64,000 nt of DNA, from contig NC_134026.1 in NCBI RefSeq assembly GCF_964204645.1, forward strand, positions 8,455,950-8,519,949, in the 5' to 3' direction. The notes under the pieces were generated by a model that ran no database searches, was not told where the DNA came from, and saw only the letters and a program-made list of their open reading frames with translations. Of the stretch, positions 1-13,900 are shown piece after piece. The position numbers and the translations under genes are program-made. Each line of letters starts with the position of its first letter. The stretch's first letter is position 1. Source of the DNA: Tubulanus polymorphus (taxonomy: Eukaryota; Animalia; Nemertea).

Positions 1-706
1 CCACTTCAAATCACCGGCAAGCGTTCAGCATCGTAAACAGTAGCGGGACTGATAGCATTGCCAGCTCACATGCCGAAAGAACCGAGCTGGTATACCGTAC
101 ATCCCTGCTTAATCTTTTACAACATCTTGATTATCCGCACACTTTCCATCCGTATTTAGACGATTAGGGCATTCGAAACATTTCGGTTATATATTCATAA
201 TGTGAAATGAATCCACTAAGTGATATATAGAATATTCATTTATTCGCATGTATTTATCTTCAATTGATGTATATTGCTGCGTAAATAATGATTTTTCATT
301 CTCTATGCATAACCGAAATTGAAACGGAAAATAAAGATGTTTGATATTCATAACTTTGCTATCAATGTCACTTTGACCTTAGCAAAATAAATAACTTATC
401 GTAAAATCTTCCTTGAAATAAAGCTATACATATAAACACTTTCTTCTTAATAAGGAAGTTCTTAATAAGGACTTTCCTAAATTTACATGATGGTGCATGT
501 TGAATCCATATGAAAATTAAACGTCTTAAGTATACTTAACAAAGCATGCGTTCTTCCAAATGTAGTTCCAACAACGAATAAATAACTAAATCAATAAATA
601 AGCAACGCTTTCCCGACAACATAGAATGAGGTTAGAACCTTTTTCAAGTAAAATATTTTGTACTAAAGGAAGAAAGTGTCATATGCGATAACAAAAGGTC
701 CATAAG

Positions 707-746
707 AATGATGATGATGACGATGATGATGATGATGATGATGATG
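707..746. repeat. (GAT)n microsatellite; (CAT)n at 22476-22518 and (CAG)n-like at 25695-25741
   Basis: Directly visible. Confidence 0.9.
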
Positions 747-2084
747 ACCAAGGTTTTATACCAATTGAAGCATTTCGTACAGTCCGGCGAGAGCAACGCC
801 CATATAAGGCTGTTCTGGCACTGCTACAAAACGCCAAGCTCGTCTTTATGAGATACTTTGGCTGCAAGCAAAGAAGCTTCGGAAGAAAATTTGGCGTTAC
901 ATAATTATAGTCATATGCAAAATGCCTTCGAGGATCATATTGGCAAATACTAAAGAAGTTAAAAATAGCCCGGTTCTTTTGCGCCAAACGTTATTATTAT
1001 ACACCGAGGGATCGGAGATATCGACATTTATAACACCGCAAAAACGATAAAAGAAGAATCAGGGCATGAGAATTCGAATCGAATGCGCGAGACAAAAATA
1101 TTTGAATAAACAACGCATTAATTCGATCGATTGCTTATAATTCGACGAATTCGCGTCATCGTAAGCGAGTAGTAGTAGTTAGCGTTTTGTTCGACCGATA
1201 TATCAAATACCGAATCCGAACGGCGGCCCCGCGCCAAATACGATACTGGCAGCCATGTAAAATTCATACGGCGCGAGAACCGAAAGCAAATATAATGCTG
1301 AAATCTCCCTGCAGGTTTCTGTTTAATTAGTGCTGCGCAAACAACCGCTTCTAATGGAAGTATTATATGAAGCATACAATAACTTCAAATAATAGACTAT
1401 AAATGGGCTGTACGCCAAAGCCTTCGAAAGATCTACGTCTCGCGATGAATTGACGTCGATCGCGGCGTTTACAACCGCAGAACTTTCTAATGTTCTTCTT
1501 CTTCTTCGCACGAATATTTATTTTTCATCAAAATCGCGCTTTTCAATCCTAGTCGCGCGTATCGTTTTCTCGTTTTGAACGGCGCCGCGATATGCCGTGA
1601 CACGCGCGCGTTTTCGTTCTGCTTTCCGTTGTTGAAATATATTTATTCGTTTTTTTTTTCGTCAAAAGTCGACGCCGAGAAGACGTATGCGCCACATAAT
1701 CCATTCATTATTTAGGCCACGATTAAAATCGATCTCGACGCTCGGCATTTTTATTACCTGTTTAGGGTTCAGGTGTGAAAAGGACACTCACCAGACCGGT
1801 TAGTCGTGAACCGTAGTACAAGTCCCCCCTGCAAGCTAGCCGTTAGCTTGCATTAGAATAATAAAAAGGGATTCATTTAACATATGGAAATTCATGTATT
1901 TCATGACAAAAGATATCGATGGAACAATGAAACTTAGTCACTAATAACCAGGGATGGCCATGGGGGTGTTCTTCATTTTTATGGCCAGGGCCATAGGCCG
2001 CCCGTTGGAAGCCTTGCCAAAAATTCTACCTTGAATATAAGACTGAGCCATCAACCAGCGACTGTACACACATGTTCATATACA

Positions 2085-2088
<4 letters not shown>

Positions 2089-2161
<73 letters not shown>
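2089..2161. repeat. (TA)n microsatellite; others at 19324-19369, 24609-24645 and 25848-25926
   Basis: Directly visible. Confidence 0.95.
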
Positions 2162-2681
2162 GCGCTAGAATCGATTTTTCGTCCACCGAACGACATTTTT
2201 TTTTCCTCGTGAAATCTATAATCGTATGAAAAAGCGATGAAAATAGAAGGCGACAGCCAGAAGGCTGGAGTTATTTCAAAAAGCGCTCTGACGCGATTCT
2301 ACCTTGACAAATCCAGTCGACGGAGATTTCATTCGCTCGATCTTTGATGTTCTCGCGAACGTCTGCGCGTTGACGTAAAACGTTATTCCGTCGAACTCGA
2401 GCTCCAGGGCCAAAATATTTACTGATATCTATTTAATAGCTATTTATATAGATGCAAATATATATATATCGATGTAGATATAAAGGTATACGCATGCGGT
2501 GAACAACCCGAAATGGAAAAAAATCTTCCTCACGATCGTGAGTAGATATACAATAAACTACATCGGATGAAAATGATTATCAAAGTTATTTGCGAGAAAA
2601 AAAAACGCTCGGAAATGATAGAAAATTGTCTCCCCGCGTCCTTCGTTGCAGAATACTGACGGTAATTCAGCGTAATTAAGG

Positions 2682-3158
2682 GCAGTTTTATGAGGTATGA
2701 GACCGAGAGGACGCACACATAACCTCCTTGTCGTGTAATGGTCATCCTCCCCCGGCAGGAATTCGAACCTGATGGTATCGCTCGACTTAGCCGAGGCACG
2801 AAACCCTGCTTCACTAGAGCGGGTGGGCAGAGACCGGGTTTGCCACAGGTTTGCCAATCAGATTTGCCGAAGCAAAATTTCATACATATACTCAATATGG
2901 AAAAAAAGGGCTAAAATAAAACGCGTTTTCTGATCGGCTAATAATAATGATGACATCATCCGTACTACACATGTAGCTGCGCACCCGGGCTAGTCAGACA
3001 GGGATTCGTACTGTGGCGAGTCTCAACGCCATCAGGTTCGAATCCCCTGATGAGGTTTTGCGTCCGTCTTTTGGTCACATACCTCATGAACTATCAGGCA
3101 GGGTTTCCTACTGTGGCAAGTTCGACTCCCTATCGGGGGGGGGGGGAGGGGGAGGATG
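2682..3158. repeat. Divergent inverted pair of a B-box-containing (tRNA/SINE-like) repeat
   Basis: Left arm on the minus strand (GGAATTCGAACC 2758-2769), right arm on the plus strand (GGTTCGAATCCC 3035-3046), plus a partial third copy. Homologous to 62501-62808. Confidence 0.7.
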
Positions 3159-4136
3159 TGCTATGGCGAACAAATCCCCGGGGTATCATCGACAGGCGAA
3201 CATTCAAATTCACAAATATGACATAAGCTCGTCGTCGCACGTTGTGGTCGGCGTCAGCCGCGGCGGATGTACATGTCATGTTTCGGACGATCAGACGTTG
3301 ATCGCGCGCTAATGACCGCGCATTAATCACGAGTCGAACGTCGAATAATCCCGCGTCCATAAATCCGGGATACTTAGTTTCGACGTCGGGTTGCGTTACG
3401 ACCGCCGCAGCCATAGCCGAGGCGTCCCGCACAAGACGTCTTATTTTGAAGTTCATACGGCCCGTGGTTTTGGATCGCAGCCGACCGTGCCACGGAGACA
3501 TCTGATGTGATATATGATCGCGCCGGAGCAGTGTGTGGGCTCTTTCTCTCTCTCTCTCTCTATCTCGTATTGAATTCGACAGAAAATATCCATCAATGAA
3601 AGTAGAAAGTATCGACACTTTAGTCACGTATGGCTCAACTTGGGGGATTATGAACGGATTTGCAGTAATGATAGATAACTTCAAAGTGCTCCATTATGTG
3701 TAACGCAAGTCTGTCAACTGGGAGATATATTTTTCGAGCCCGTTTACCAAGGTCAACATTACCCTCGACCGACTGCAGCCTCCCATCGCCTGATTTATGA
3801 TCGCGGTCGTAAAAAGTCATGCAGTTCGAACTATTCGGCGAGTGAGTTTGCAATCGCTGATCCGTCCAACAGCACGAAATTTGACTCACAGCATAATTGC
3901 ATATTCGAGGTTTAATCCATATACAATTTCAATCCACGAGAATCAGTTCAATTCGTTAGAATAGGCCCGACATCCAGGCTTAGCTCTATCGCAAGGAGGT
4001 TTACTAAATTGACCAGAAATTGTTTAAAAAAAGCAATAAATGACGATAAATTATCCCCCTTGAGTCCAAATATTTGAGGAATTGAATGAAACCTTGTCTA
4101 ATATTAAGACTAATATTAAGCCTAGTTTAGAGTTAT

Positions 4137-4265
4137 GGGGCCAGTTCCAAAGACATGGCTAAGACCATATATTAGTTCTATAGCCAATCAGACAACTTAG
4201 GACCAGTCTTAGGATATAAGATTACTTCTCGACGTAAAGGTTGACTCAGGCTTGAAACCGGCCCC
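4137..4265. mobile_element. Short MITE-like element
   Basis: Imperfect 14-bp TIRs GGGGCCAGTTCCAA ... TTGAAACCGGCCCC. Confidence 0.5.
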
Positions 4266-6349
4266 ATGAAGTGAACAAACCATGAGTTAAATTTTCAATT
4301 TCAAAATGATACACAGTTCTAGTGAATACAGCAAGATATCAAATTTGTCGATTGAAGGCTCGTTGTAATGTTATCATAATAGCCCGGTTCGCGGATAACA
4401 TAACTGCATTTTTTCAATAATCAGGTTTATACTTCGAGTTTAAAATGTCACGGACGCATCATCGGCTAAAATCAGTTCGCGGAATAATTGCGCCGCTAAC
4501 AACAACGAAAAAAAACCGCGCGCACAAAAGCAAACGATTTTTCACACATGTACGGTTTGCTTTGGCAACAACAGCCATATACGAGCGTGCGGATATTTCC
4601 GATCCATTATCCGCTGCTGCTGCTGCTGCTGGTGCAAGTGAGAGCACGGAATGGCCAGTTTCCATGACTGCCGTTTACGACGACGATTGGACCCGCCACG
4701 ATCCCACTGGGGTATTTCATTAGTTCCAAATCGCGTTAAGTGGAATGCTGAATGGCGCGACTCCTAAATCAAGCTCCGTGGGCACTGATTTCTCATAATG
4801 TCTTATTGATAGCCGCCGAAAAAAAAAAACGCTAATGCAAAACGATTAAGACCTGGCCACTGAAAGCTCCGCTAATAAACTTTTATACGTCTATATCTAT
4901 AAATATACTTATATACTGCCTCCAGATTGGTAAATTGCAATGGCAGACGTACGCAGATTGAAAGATTGATTTCGCGGCTTGTACGAGGCTCTAAAGTCGG
5001 GTTTATTGAGAAAATATCACTTTCTATATATCTAATGCACTTCCTATCAGCGCGATATTCATTTTCTTTCAATCTCTCTCCCTCTCGCTCGCTCTCCCCT
5101 CGCTAGCTCTCTTCTAGATGCGGAGATTTAATTTATCGCGCATCTGTTCGGCAATATATTGGCAATTCGTTCACGCAGCTGATGGACAATTTTTACAGAA
5201 ATATTATACATAAAAGGTTTTTACGCTTCCGCGCTCGGCGAAATTGCGTATCGTTAATTTGAAATCAGCGAAATCCGAACGGACGAACGAGGGAGCGCGC
5301 AGCGGTGCCGAGTGGTTGAAACCATCCATTATTCTCCAGTCCTGGTCGTGTCAGCAGTGTCAATGGTTCTTCATCTCGTGCATTTAGTAATACAAATCTT
5401 GAAATAGATCTCGAGTGGTACTCAGTCCAGGTTCTATACTGGAAAAAAGTTTCTACGAAGGACATTCCCAACGTCAACTATATCTGGAAGGTCTTTACGA
5501 TGATTTCATCAATGATATCGTAACTTAATAAGCTCAAACCTGTTATAACCAAAATTCTAAAGACCAAAAGTAAAATCTATTATTCTGGAATTGAAAATAA
5601 AAGACACAATGTTTCAGAATCTCTCTGGATGAGACTAAGATTTTGTATATATCGGGTTTTAAACATATGATGATCTTAAGTCTGAGTGTGGTTATTCTAC
5701 TATTGCTCAAAAGTTGGACAGTTGATGTGGTGACCATTGCAAGTTCATCGTAACATCATAAGAAAGACTTCGAAGAAAACGTTTTTTAGCCGGGTCCTTT
5801 TCTACCTGACCACATGCGCTCTGCGTATGCGCAAACATTCCACCTACTCGGCTTCGTCGTTTCGTCGAAGGATCGCGCTCGACGACGTTTCCGCGAAAAA
5901 ACGAAAATCCATTTCTAAATCTGTTGTCGAAACTGACAGCTACAATTACACGGCGAGCCGTGTCAACAACGTACTTCTTACGGCGAAGCCATACAAATTT
6001 AAAATCTAATTAATGTATTGCATGTCGGGACATTTTTTTAACGGGCGTTAACGCGGACATACGGGGCATTGGAAACGGCGCGCGAGGACGAACGTGGTCG
6101 AAATACTATCGGTTTATTATACCGGCTAGAGAATGAACCTAGTGTGCTGATTTGCCTATATTAGATTAGGCCCGGGCCGCCTGGTCTGCGACCATTTAAC
6201 ACGGGCCAAATTTCGTATTTGGTAACGAATAAGTAATTTATGTATACACATTCTCTAGTTAGGCAAGGGCCCAGTCCAAATTATGTGTATGATAGCTGCT
6301 GTAATGGCGAATTAGGACTTACTTTATATTCTAGGGCTCAGGGGATTTC

Positions 6350-6642
6350 AAAAAATAGAGTAGAAAAGGGAGGAGAGGGAAAGAGGAAAGAGGAGAGTCA
6401 AGGAGAGGGGAGAGGAGAGAGAAGAGAAGAGAGAGGGGAGGAGAGTAGATAAAGGGGAAAGGAGAGTGCAGAAGAGAGTGGAGAGAAAAAAGGGAGAGAG
6501 AACGTATAGAAGAGATGGGAGAGAAGGGAAGAGAGAAGATAGAGGGGAGAGGAGAGAGTAGATAAAGGGGAGCAAGGGGAGGAAAGAAGAGAGAAGAGGG
6601 GAGAGGAAGAAGGGATAGGGGAGGGATGAGATAGGGTGGGAA
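6350..6642. repeat. Polypurine (GA-rich) low-complexity tract
   Basis: About 290 nt of almost exclusively G/A on the plus strand, with the internal repeat gaggagagagtagataaagggga twice. Confidence 0.9.
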
Positions 6643-9221
6643 TGCTCAAGAAAACAATTACTTCTCCAAGATCGCACGTTATGTATGACAAAGGTATTAG
6701 TTTCGAGAACTCAATAAAGTATACGAACGAACGAACGTGCGCTTAATAATCACTTGGAAAAAATTAATTATTCAAAGTACCGCAGAGTCACTCTCCACGA
6801 CAACAAATCCAGTATGAATAGTTAAGCCTGATTTTTCTATTCTCATTAGCGCGGGGTCGTACGCTAATACAACCTAATACGACTATTGTTAACGCCGCAA
6901 AAAATAATCGTTAATAACCACGAAATGTGTCGCTAATGAGCCCCGGACTGCTGAATATTTCAGAAGATCGCATTCGTCGAAAAAAAAATCGCTATACGAT
7001 CAACTCTACAAGTAGCATTACATACAGAGCATAATCGTACTGAAATGTCGCCTGAAAGTCATTCGATTACGTCAACTTATCGCACGAGGTATTTACTAGC
7101 TGTTAACTAGCGACTACGACGACACGAGGCTAAATATCTGAATCCGAAAAAAAAACTCTACACGGCTACACAACGCCGCGATATTATACTCGCAATTGAT
7201 TATTTGAAAATTTTCAATATAATAATAGGCTATTGGATCTTTTTGACTTCGTTAGCATGTGGGTGAGTGCCACGAGATCTAGTGTTAATTACAGTCAAGT
7301 TGAAAATCGATTTCGCGCGAACTCGAATAATTGCCGGATTGTGACGTGCCACGTGACGTACTGGCTGCATTTTTTTGATAGTCATTGTCGTTTTTTCAAC
7401 ATCGAACACTCGAAGCTATAATATATATATGGGTCAGTTAGCAGAGCTCGACCCTTGGGCAAAGCACTAGCACTTTATGACTGGTAAACGTAAATGATTT
7501 TGCAGAATTAAGGTTTGGTTTTATCTATTTTGTTTGTAACAACATCGTTTTAGCCCCCCTCCCCACGCACCACCTCAGCATTTACGAAATTGAATATGTC
7601 AGCGGTCTGGTCTGATCTACGTGCGACCTGAATTATGCTGAAGTTTGAGGCTGGTCTTAGAATGAAATTGTGTCTGGACACTGGTTGCATTATGCCGATG
7701 CAGGGATGCACACTGGCCCTTCATCATGGCTATACGTAAATTATTTCGCGGAATTAAGATTTGGTTTTCGATCTATTTTCTTCGTTTCTATCTATATTCT
7801 TCTTTACAAAATGGAATACGTCAGCACTACACTTCGCAAGAGTTCCCCGCCTCTCCGCAAATCTAAGTCTGAGGCTGTTCTTCGCGCAGACTGGACCCTT
7901 GTCGGATTATGCCGATCTAGAGAGGCTACGCTTCATATTACGGGTCCGCGACGCACGAGCCAGACGTGCGCCTACCTGATTACTAAGCTCGGCTAGAATA
8001 TTGCCCTCCGCCGAAATCCCAAGTGCGTCGTCTATCATTCGCAACGACGAATTTCGTCGGCCTTTTTCAAGCGATGACTTCTGCTATACGAAATCCAGCG
8101 CCGTGCATAGTCGTCGATAAAAACGCTATCAACGTTTTTCACAAATGCTTTTTACTAATTTTTCTTTACACGAGACTTAACCGCCGTGACGCCATCTTGC
8201 CCGCGACGGAAATAACCGTTTCGTATGAAAATTTCGAGGCATTTTTTTCATCGATAAACTACACAACCGTCCATAAAACACTAGATCCGCATTGTAACCA
8301 TGATATAATGTAGCGAATCCCACGAAAAAAAAAACCAAAAAAAAAAATGATATCAAATTCGAAAGTATCCTTGAGCTGGTCGTTTACCTCACTTTCGTTA
8401 CATGAACTACTGCAAATTTTTTTTGTAATTTTGTATTTTAGTGTTCTATAGTGCGGTTGGCAATCCCGTACCAACTAACATCTGTTTTGCACATAGAATG
8501 ACTTGTAAGTCGACCTTTGCGCCCGGGTGCAGGTTAAGGTGATTGGTATGTATTCACAATGTACATGCCACTATAATAGATAAATCAATAATAATAGTTT
8601 GTTCGTGGTTTCGAGTATATTCTTAAGTCAACTTCGGAAACTGAATCTGACATATTGGCAATAAACTAATTCTTTAGTGGAGGAATTTTTCGCCATTTTT
8701 TTTCACGAGGTTCTTTTCCAAGCGCACACGTGAAGGAGGGTAAATTATCTCGTCGCGCGCGAATCAATTTGTGAAAATAGACGACGACGACGACGCTTCT
8801 GTATGCATCGGGTCTACGATCGCTTTCGGCAACGATGAAGACAACGACGACGACTGAGAGGAGAGCAGACGATATTAAATTATCCGTCGGTGACAAAAAC
8901 AGAGATGGCATCGATTCACGTGAATCACACGACGACGGCGACAACGTTTTTAAGTACATTAAAAACCATTTCGAAAAAAAATTTATTACGATTCGTATCT
9001 TAAGAACCGGAGACGACGTTTTCCGAGCCGACCTCGAAACCGACCCGAGTCCATCCGGAGAAACCCACCGATCGATGCCTGCGAGCGATCGGTCGAATAT
9101 GCATAATCCGTCATTTAAACGGAATAACGTAATTGGAAATTTCGGATTCTAACCATCTGTAACTACGTTAAGACTCTTAAAGTTTGACTTATATGTAGCA
9201 GATACGAAACAGATGCTTCTC

Positions 9222-9445
9222 TGAAAGTCACACAGAAAAGCCGCTCTGATTGGTGGAAAGTCACGTAGATGTAGAAAGCCGCTCTGATTGGCTGAAAGTC
9301 ACGTAGATGTAGAAAAGCCGCTCTGATTGGCTGAAAGTCACACAGATATATAAAAGCCCGGAAAGTCACGTAGATATAGAAAAGCTGCTCTGATTGGCAG
9401 AAAATCATATAGATATAGAAAAACTGCTCTGATTGGCAGAAAATC
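9222..9445. repeat. Minisatellite, ~38-39 bp unit, about 5-6 copies
   Basis: Unit gaaagtcacgtagatgtagaaagccgctctgattggct. Five units carry an inverted CCAAT box. Confidence 0.9.
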
Positions 9446-10162
9446 GAGAAAAGACCATGATTTTGCCGCAGAGTTCTATGGGTCGACAATGTTACGAACA
9501 GCTAAAATCAGCCTAATGTGAATGGCTGACAATCCCATTAATTAATCAAGTGTCAAAAACGATTTCATAAGTTATTTCTTACGTACGGCATAGAGACGCA
9601 AGCGCGCGGCGTCCATATTACTTTTTTTCAACGGCGCAAGAATGCGACAACACGCTTCGCTGATTATATATCGTATGCCTAGGTTATTTTTGCAACGTTT
9701 ACAGACGTTCGGGGAAAATATCGCCTGTCATGCAGAAATCGCTGTTCCACTGGATAATCATTTCGAACCGGTGGGTCTCGGCGTTTTCAATGGAACTCCG
9801 CGCGTTGTCATGGCTGCATCAGGCAGTCTCAGGAAATTGGCGAAAACCCCTGCATCCATGTATGAAAAGGCTCGAATCATGACACGCACACAATCTTTTT
9901 TTCAACGCGACAGGCGGACGGACGGATCTGCGAAAGCTCCAGATTCCAGACCGTATCTTTTCATAGAAAAGAGATTTTCGGCACGAGAGGAAATTGCTTC
10001 GTAGACATATGGTCAGGGTCCAAAGTCGGTATAATCCGCATTACAATCCGTATCAACAAAACGTAAAGGAAACGTACTGGAAAATGACGACGTTGATGAT
10101 GTTAGATAGAGTAGAACCTCATTATTACGACCTCGAATTCACGATTTATGTGTTATCATAAA

Positions 10163-10276
10163 CCTAGAATTTCATTTTGAATACGACAATTTTGATAGTT
10201 TCACACTGGATGTAAAACTGGGCCCTAGAATTTCATTTTGAATACGACAATTTCGATAGTTTCATACTGGATATAA
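10163..10276. repeat. Direct tandem duplication, 61-bp period, 2 copies
   Basis: cctagaatttcattttgaatacgacaattt.gatagtttca.actggat at 10163 and 10224. Confidence 0.9.
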
Positions 10277-10407
10277 CAAACAGATTTTCCAGTCTCCCGA
10301 AGTTCGTCGTAATGAGTTTCCACTGCACATCGAATATGAATCGTCGCATGATCTTTTTCTCGTGCAAAGATTACATATTTTGATCCCTAGTACAAACAGG
10401 AATGGTT

Positions 10408-10947
10408 GTCAGGCTTGAAATATGAACGTGTGTAAGTCGCCAGCATCCTCGCTTCGAATGAAGCTGCCAATCTTAGCTGATGCATATGTGTAAACTACTG
10501 GTTCATAAGTCGTTCCAAAAGACTGATTGACCTATAATGGCCGCACACGGTCAGTGCTGGTCGTTTAACTTTGATTCTACCAGGGAGGTGGGAGTGAACA
10601 GGCCTGAAATACAAAAAATCAGACAAATCCATGTGTAGGTCACCAGCATCATCCCTTTGAATGAAGCTGCATATCAGAGCTGATGCATATGTATGATCTT
10701 TTGGTTCACAAGTTGTTCAACTGATTGACCAATAATGGTCGCATAGTCTGTACACATAGTCGGTGCTGGTAGTTTGACTTGATTCTACAGACTGATTGAC
10801 CTACGGCGGTCACACACAGTCAGTGCTAGTCATTCGACTTGATTCTACAGATTGAACTATATTGGTCGCACATAGTCGGTGCTGGTAGTTTGACTTGATT
10901 CTACGGACTGATTGACCTACGATGGTCGGTGCTGGTCGGTGCTGGTC
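10408..10947. repeat. Compound tandem repeat: ~190-bp duplication running into ~50-60-bp units
   Basis: Two copies of gtgt...ccagcatc...gaatgaagctgc...gctgatgcatatgt, followed by repeated ctgattgacc...gtcggtgctggtagtttgacttgattctac units. Confidence 0.85.
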
Positions 10948-13900
10948 GCCGCCGATCTAATGAAATTTCGAGTTAGCAATTCTCTCGACGCTAGTTTCTG
11001 GACGAACGATGATGAATCGTCAATTATGGCGAGCTTATATACAACCCGAAACACAATAGCGATCAGAGATCTCCAGTCGCTAACGAACGAATACAGTGTT
11101 CTTATATTGAACAATATATTTTTCGTCACCATCAAGGCGGATTAATTCGAAAATCTACTTAAATGTAATGTTGTTTCCCTGTAAACTCGCCGCGGCGCCC
11201 ACGACCGGAAGTATACCGGGGCAATATTTCCCGCGCGCGCAAAGAATTAGCGCGTCGAACTAGCCCCCTCTAGCGTGGAAAACGGTATGATCGATCGATC
11301 GAGCGACGCGTACGTACACCGCCGCGACATCCATGATCGCAAATAATTAGTAATAATCTATTGAACACGGAGACGCAGTCTCGGCTTAAGATTTAATTTC
11401 CATGACAACGGAGGAAGCACTTTAGCCCGGGATTCCGTTTCAAGCATTCGATAGACGGCAGTCGACGCTCCCGAGGTCGTCGCGCGGATCGCTATCGAAG
11501 CGCTACGATTCGGCCGAATTCGGTCGAGACCCGACGCGGAAAAAAAGCCGGGCGAAATTCCATCCGATCAAATATGGGGAAACTATGGCCGATGCGATCG
11601 TCGCTCGCGATCGGGGGTAGGCGCGATATGAATGAATTCGCGGATGCTAATATAGGAATGAAGGGATGAGAATGAGTCTTCGGAGATTACGCCGGGCGTA
11701 TGCAGATTGGAATCGAGCGTTACGCTCAAACAACGACGATCACAAATAGCGAAATGGATATTCTTCGTCGACTTCACGCGCCGAGTCATAATACTGAAAG
11801 GTATCTCTCGTGTTTATTGGTCGAACTGCAAATGTCAATGATAATACGCTAGTAACTGGTTATCCATCTGCTTTTTTCCGACGAGTTTGTACACATAATG
11901 TCCTTCAATTTTGGTATCAGCAGATGATGATCACCAACAATGCAGAGAAAAATATTTTCATACATCTACAAAGGTCGAGGTCGCTTATATCTCCGCTGGT
12001 AGCAGGCGGAATCGAGGGGAGGCTCGTCGTCGGCGCCGCTGTGCCTGTGCCGATGCCACGAGCAGACGTGACGAGATATTGACCGGTGGTTGCGGAGATC
12101 GAGGAGCCGCCGCCATACACGGGAGCGCGCGCGGTCACCAGAAACCCTTTGCGGCATCGATCGCGCAAAAATAGCGAGACGTGTCGGGAGAAAGAACATA
12201 AACGCTACGACGAGCATCACGACGGCCGTACATGAAATAAAATAATATTGAACAAGTTGCAATTTAGCGACGAGAGCAAATATGTACCGGGTGTGCTGAT
12301 CAATGGTTGATACACGGTATCCGCGATGAGAAAAATGACACACTCAGTTCGACTGACTTGCGCATGCACACACACACACACGCAAGAAAAAAGAGCCAAT
12401 TTTTTCCGGGCGAGTTCATTAGGGGTATTCTCGCCGCAAGGCTGCAAATATGATTTCGACCAGGTCGGCGGTAAGGGGGGCAAATAAGAAGGCGTAGCTG
12501 ACCGTATATCGATAACTAATTGGACGACGCGGAGCCCTTGATCTCAGACTTATACTTCTCGTTCGCCGTCGCAAATAGCAGTATCACATATCGACTAGAA
12601 GGCGCAGAATCTCTCTCTCTCTCCTGACGACGATGTTCTAATGAAATGCCTACAGCGCGAAATGTCAGAATGTCATTATGAAATGCACGCTGGTTTATTC
12701 TAATTCTGACATGTATTGTAATATATCGCACGCAGCATATCTCATACATGAAAGCTACGAATTAAAAGTAACACGAATCATCGACAACAACGTCAATATT
12801 TGCAATCTGTCCTTCTCACTCTTTATCCCTACTTAACTGCAACGGCAATCTAGATCTAGATACCAATTCAAATTGGTTGGGGGTTTTATGGAGGACAAAT
12901 TGCGGTTATTGGGCGAGGTGTTTCATGTTGATGTGACAATTTTTTCGTCCTAAATAATTGCGGCAAGGTTTTTAGCATAGTTTAAAATGTGAATAATTAC
13001 AAGGAGGCGTTAGATTTAGTAAAAGAAAATCATAACAAGTTAGTACAAAACATCAGCCATTTTTGAAGATATCTACCTCTATGAGGAAATTAGTGAACTA
13101 GCCTATAGCCTACCAGTGAGGAAGTTCATGATCTATTATTCTTATTGCTGTAACGCTGATTTGTTTATGTCTGAATGTCAACCAACTGGAGTATCCTTCT
13201 AGTAAAACATTATAATAATAACAATGACTGATATCTAGGGTCCCTAAACTTGAGTTTTAAAATCTTCAAAATCGAAGCTTTGATATCAGCATCATGCATT
13301 GGCAAGCTGAGTCTCTGCGTGTGTCGTGTCATGTGGTATATGCTGCTGATGCTGGATGATGAACCAGCTGATGGTGAAGATGTATCCATGTATAGAGAGA
13401 GAACAACTCAGTGTGTACTGTCATCTCAATCTTGCACGTTGAATGTAACCTATATCATCAGCATCGTCGCTCCCGTTGCCATCTGGCCATTCCCAGGCTT
13501 TGCCGGATATTCCTTGTAAGTTCTTCACAGGATTGAGATAGAGCTCGGTGTATCGACGCAGCAAGTATCATCATCGGTTTCCTTCAGCAGAAGGTGAAAG
13601 GATCAACTTTTCATCGCGCAGAAGCGACTGTTTGGAACCCCAATTCCCCGCGTCAACCAATGGCATTGCAAAAAATCCGAAATGGCTGACCGGCATCACA
13701 CATCTCTACATCATCTCTGATCTCTACATCATCTCTGATCTCAACACCATCTCCGAATATCTATAGCATCAAAAATACATCAAGAGTATTTTGTATTGCG
13801 TATAGATGAAATTTTACAACTATCTTTTTAAAAAGATTTGATAACATGACCAGGCGGGCCGACTTACTCATAGCTTTACCAGCCCATCTGCCCCAAATCG

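Noticed and set aside
1168-1182. GTAGTAGTAGTTAG as a Musashi element cluster
   Set aside because: It is on the plus strand (antisense to the gene) and is explained as a short trinucleotide repeat.
3035-3046. GGTTCGAATCCC as part of a tRNA gene (also 62783-62794)
   Set aside because: No cloverleaf can be folded. The motif is embedded in a dispersed repeat.
3047-3070. Other CTGA(T/A/C)GA cores as further hammerheads (also about 21248, 41614 and 58068)
   Set aside because: None is followed by a stem II and GAAA.
10163-10947. Repeat arrays as CRISPR-like loci
   Set aside because: The context is eukaryotic, the units are contiguous degenerate tandem copies without unique spacers, and there are no cas genes.
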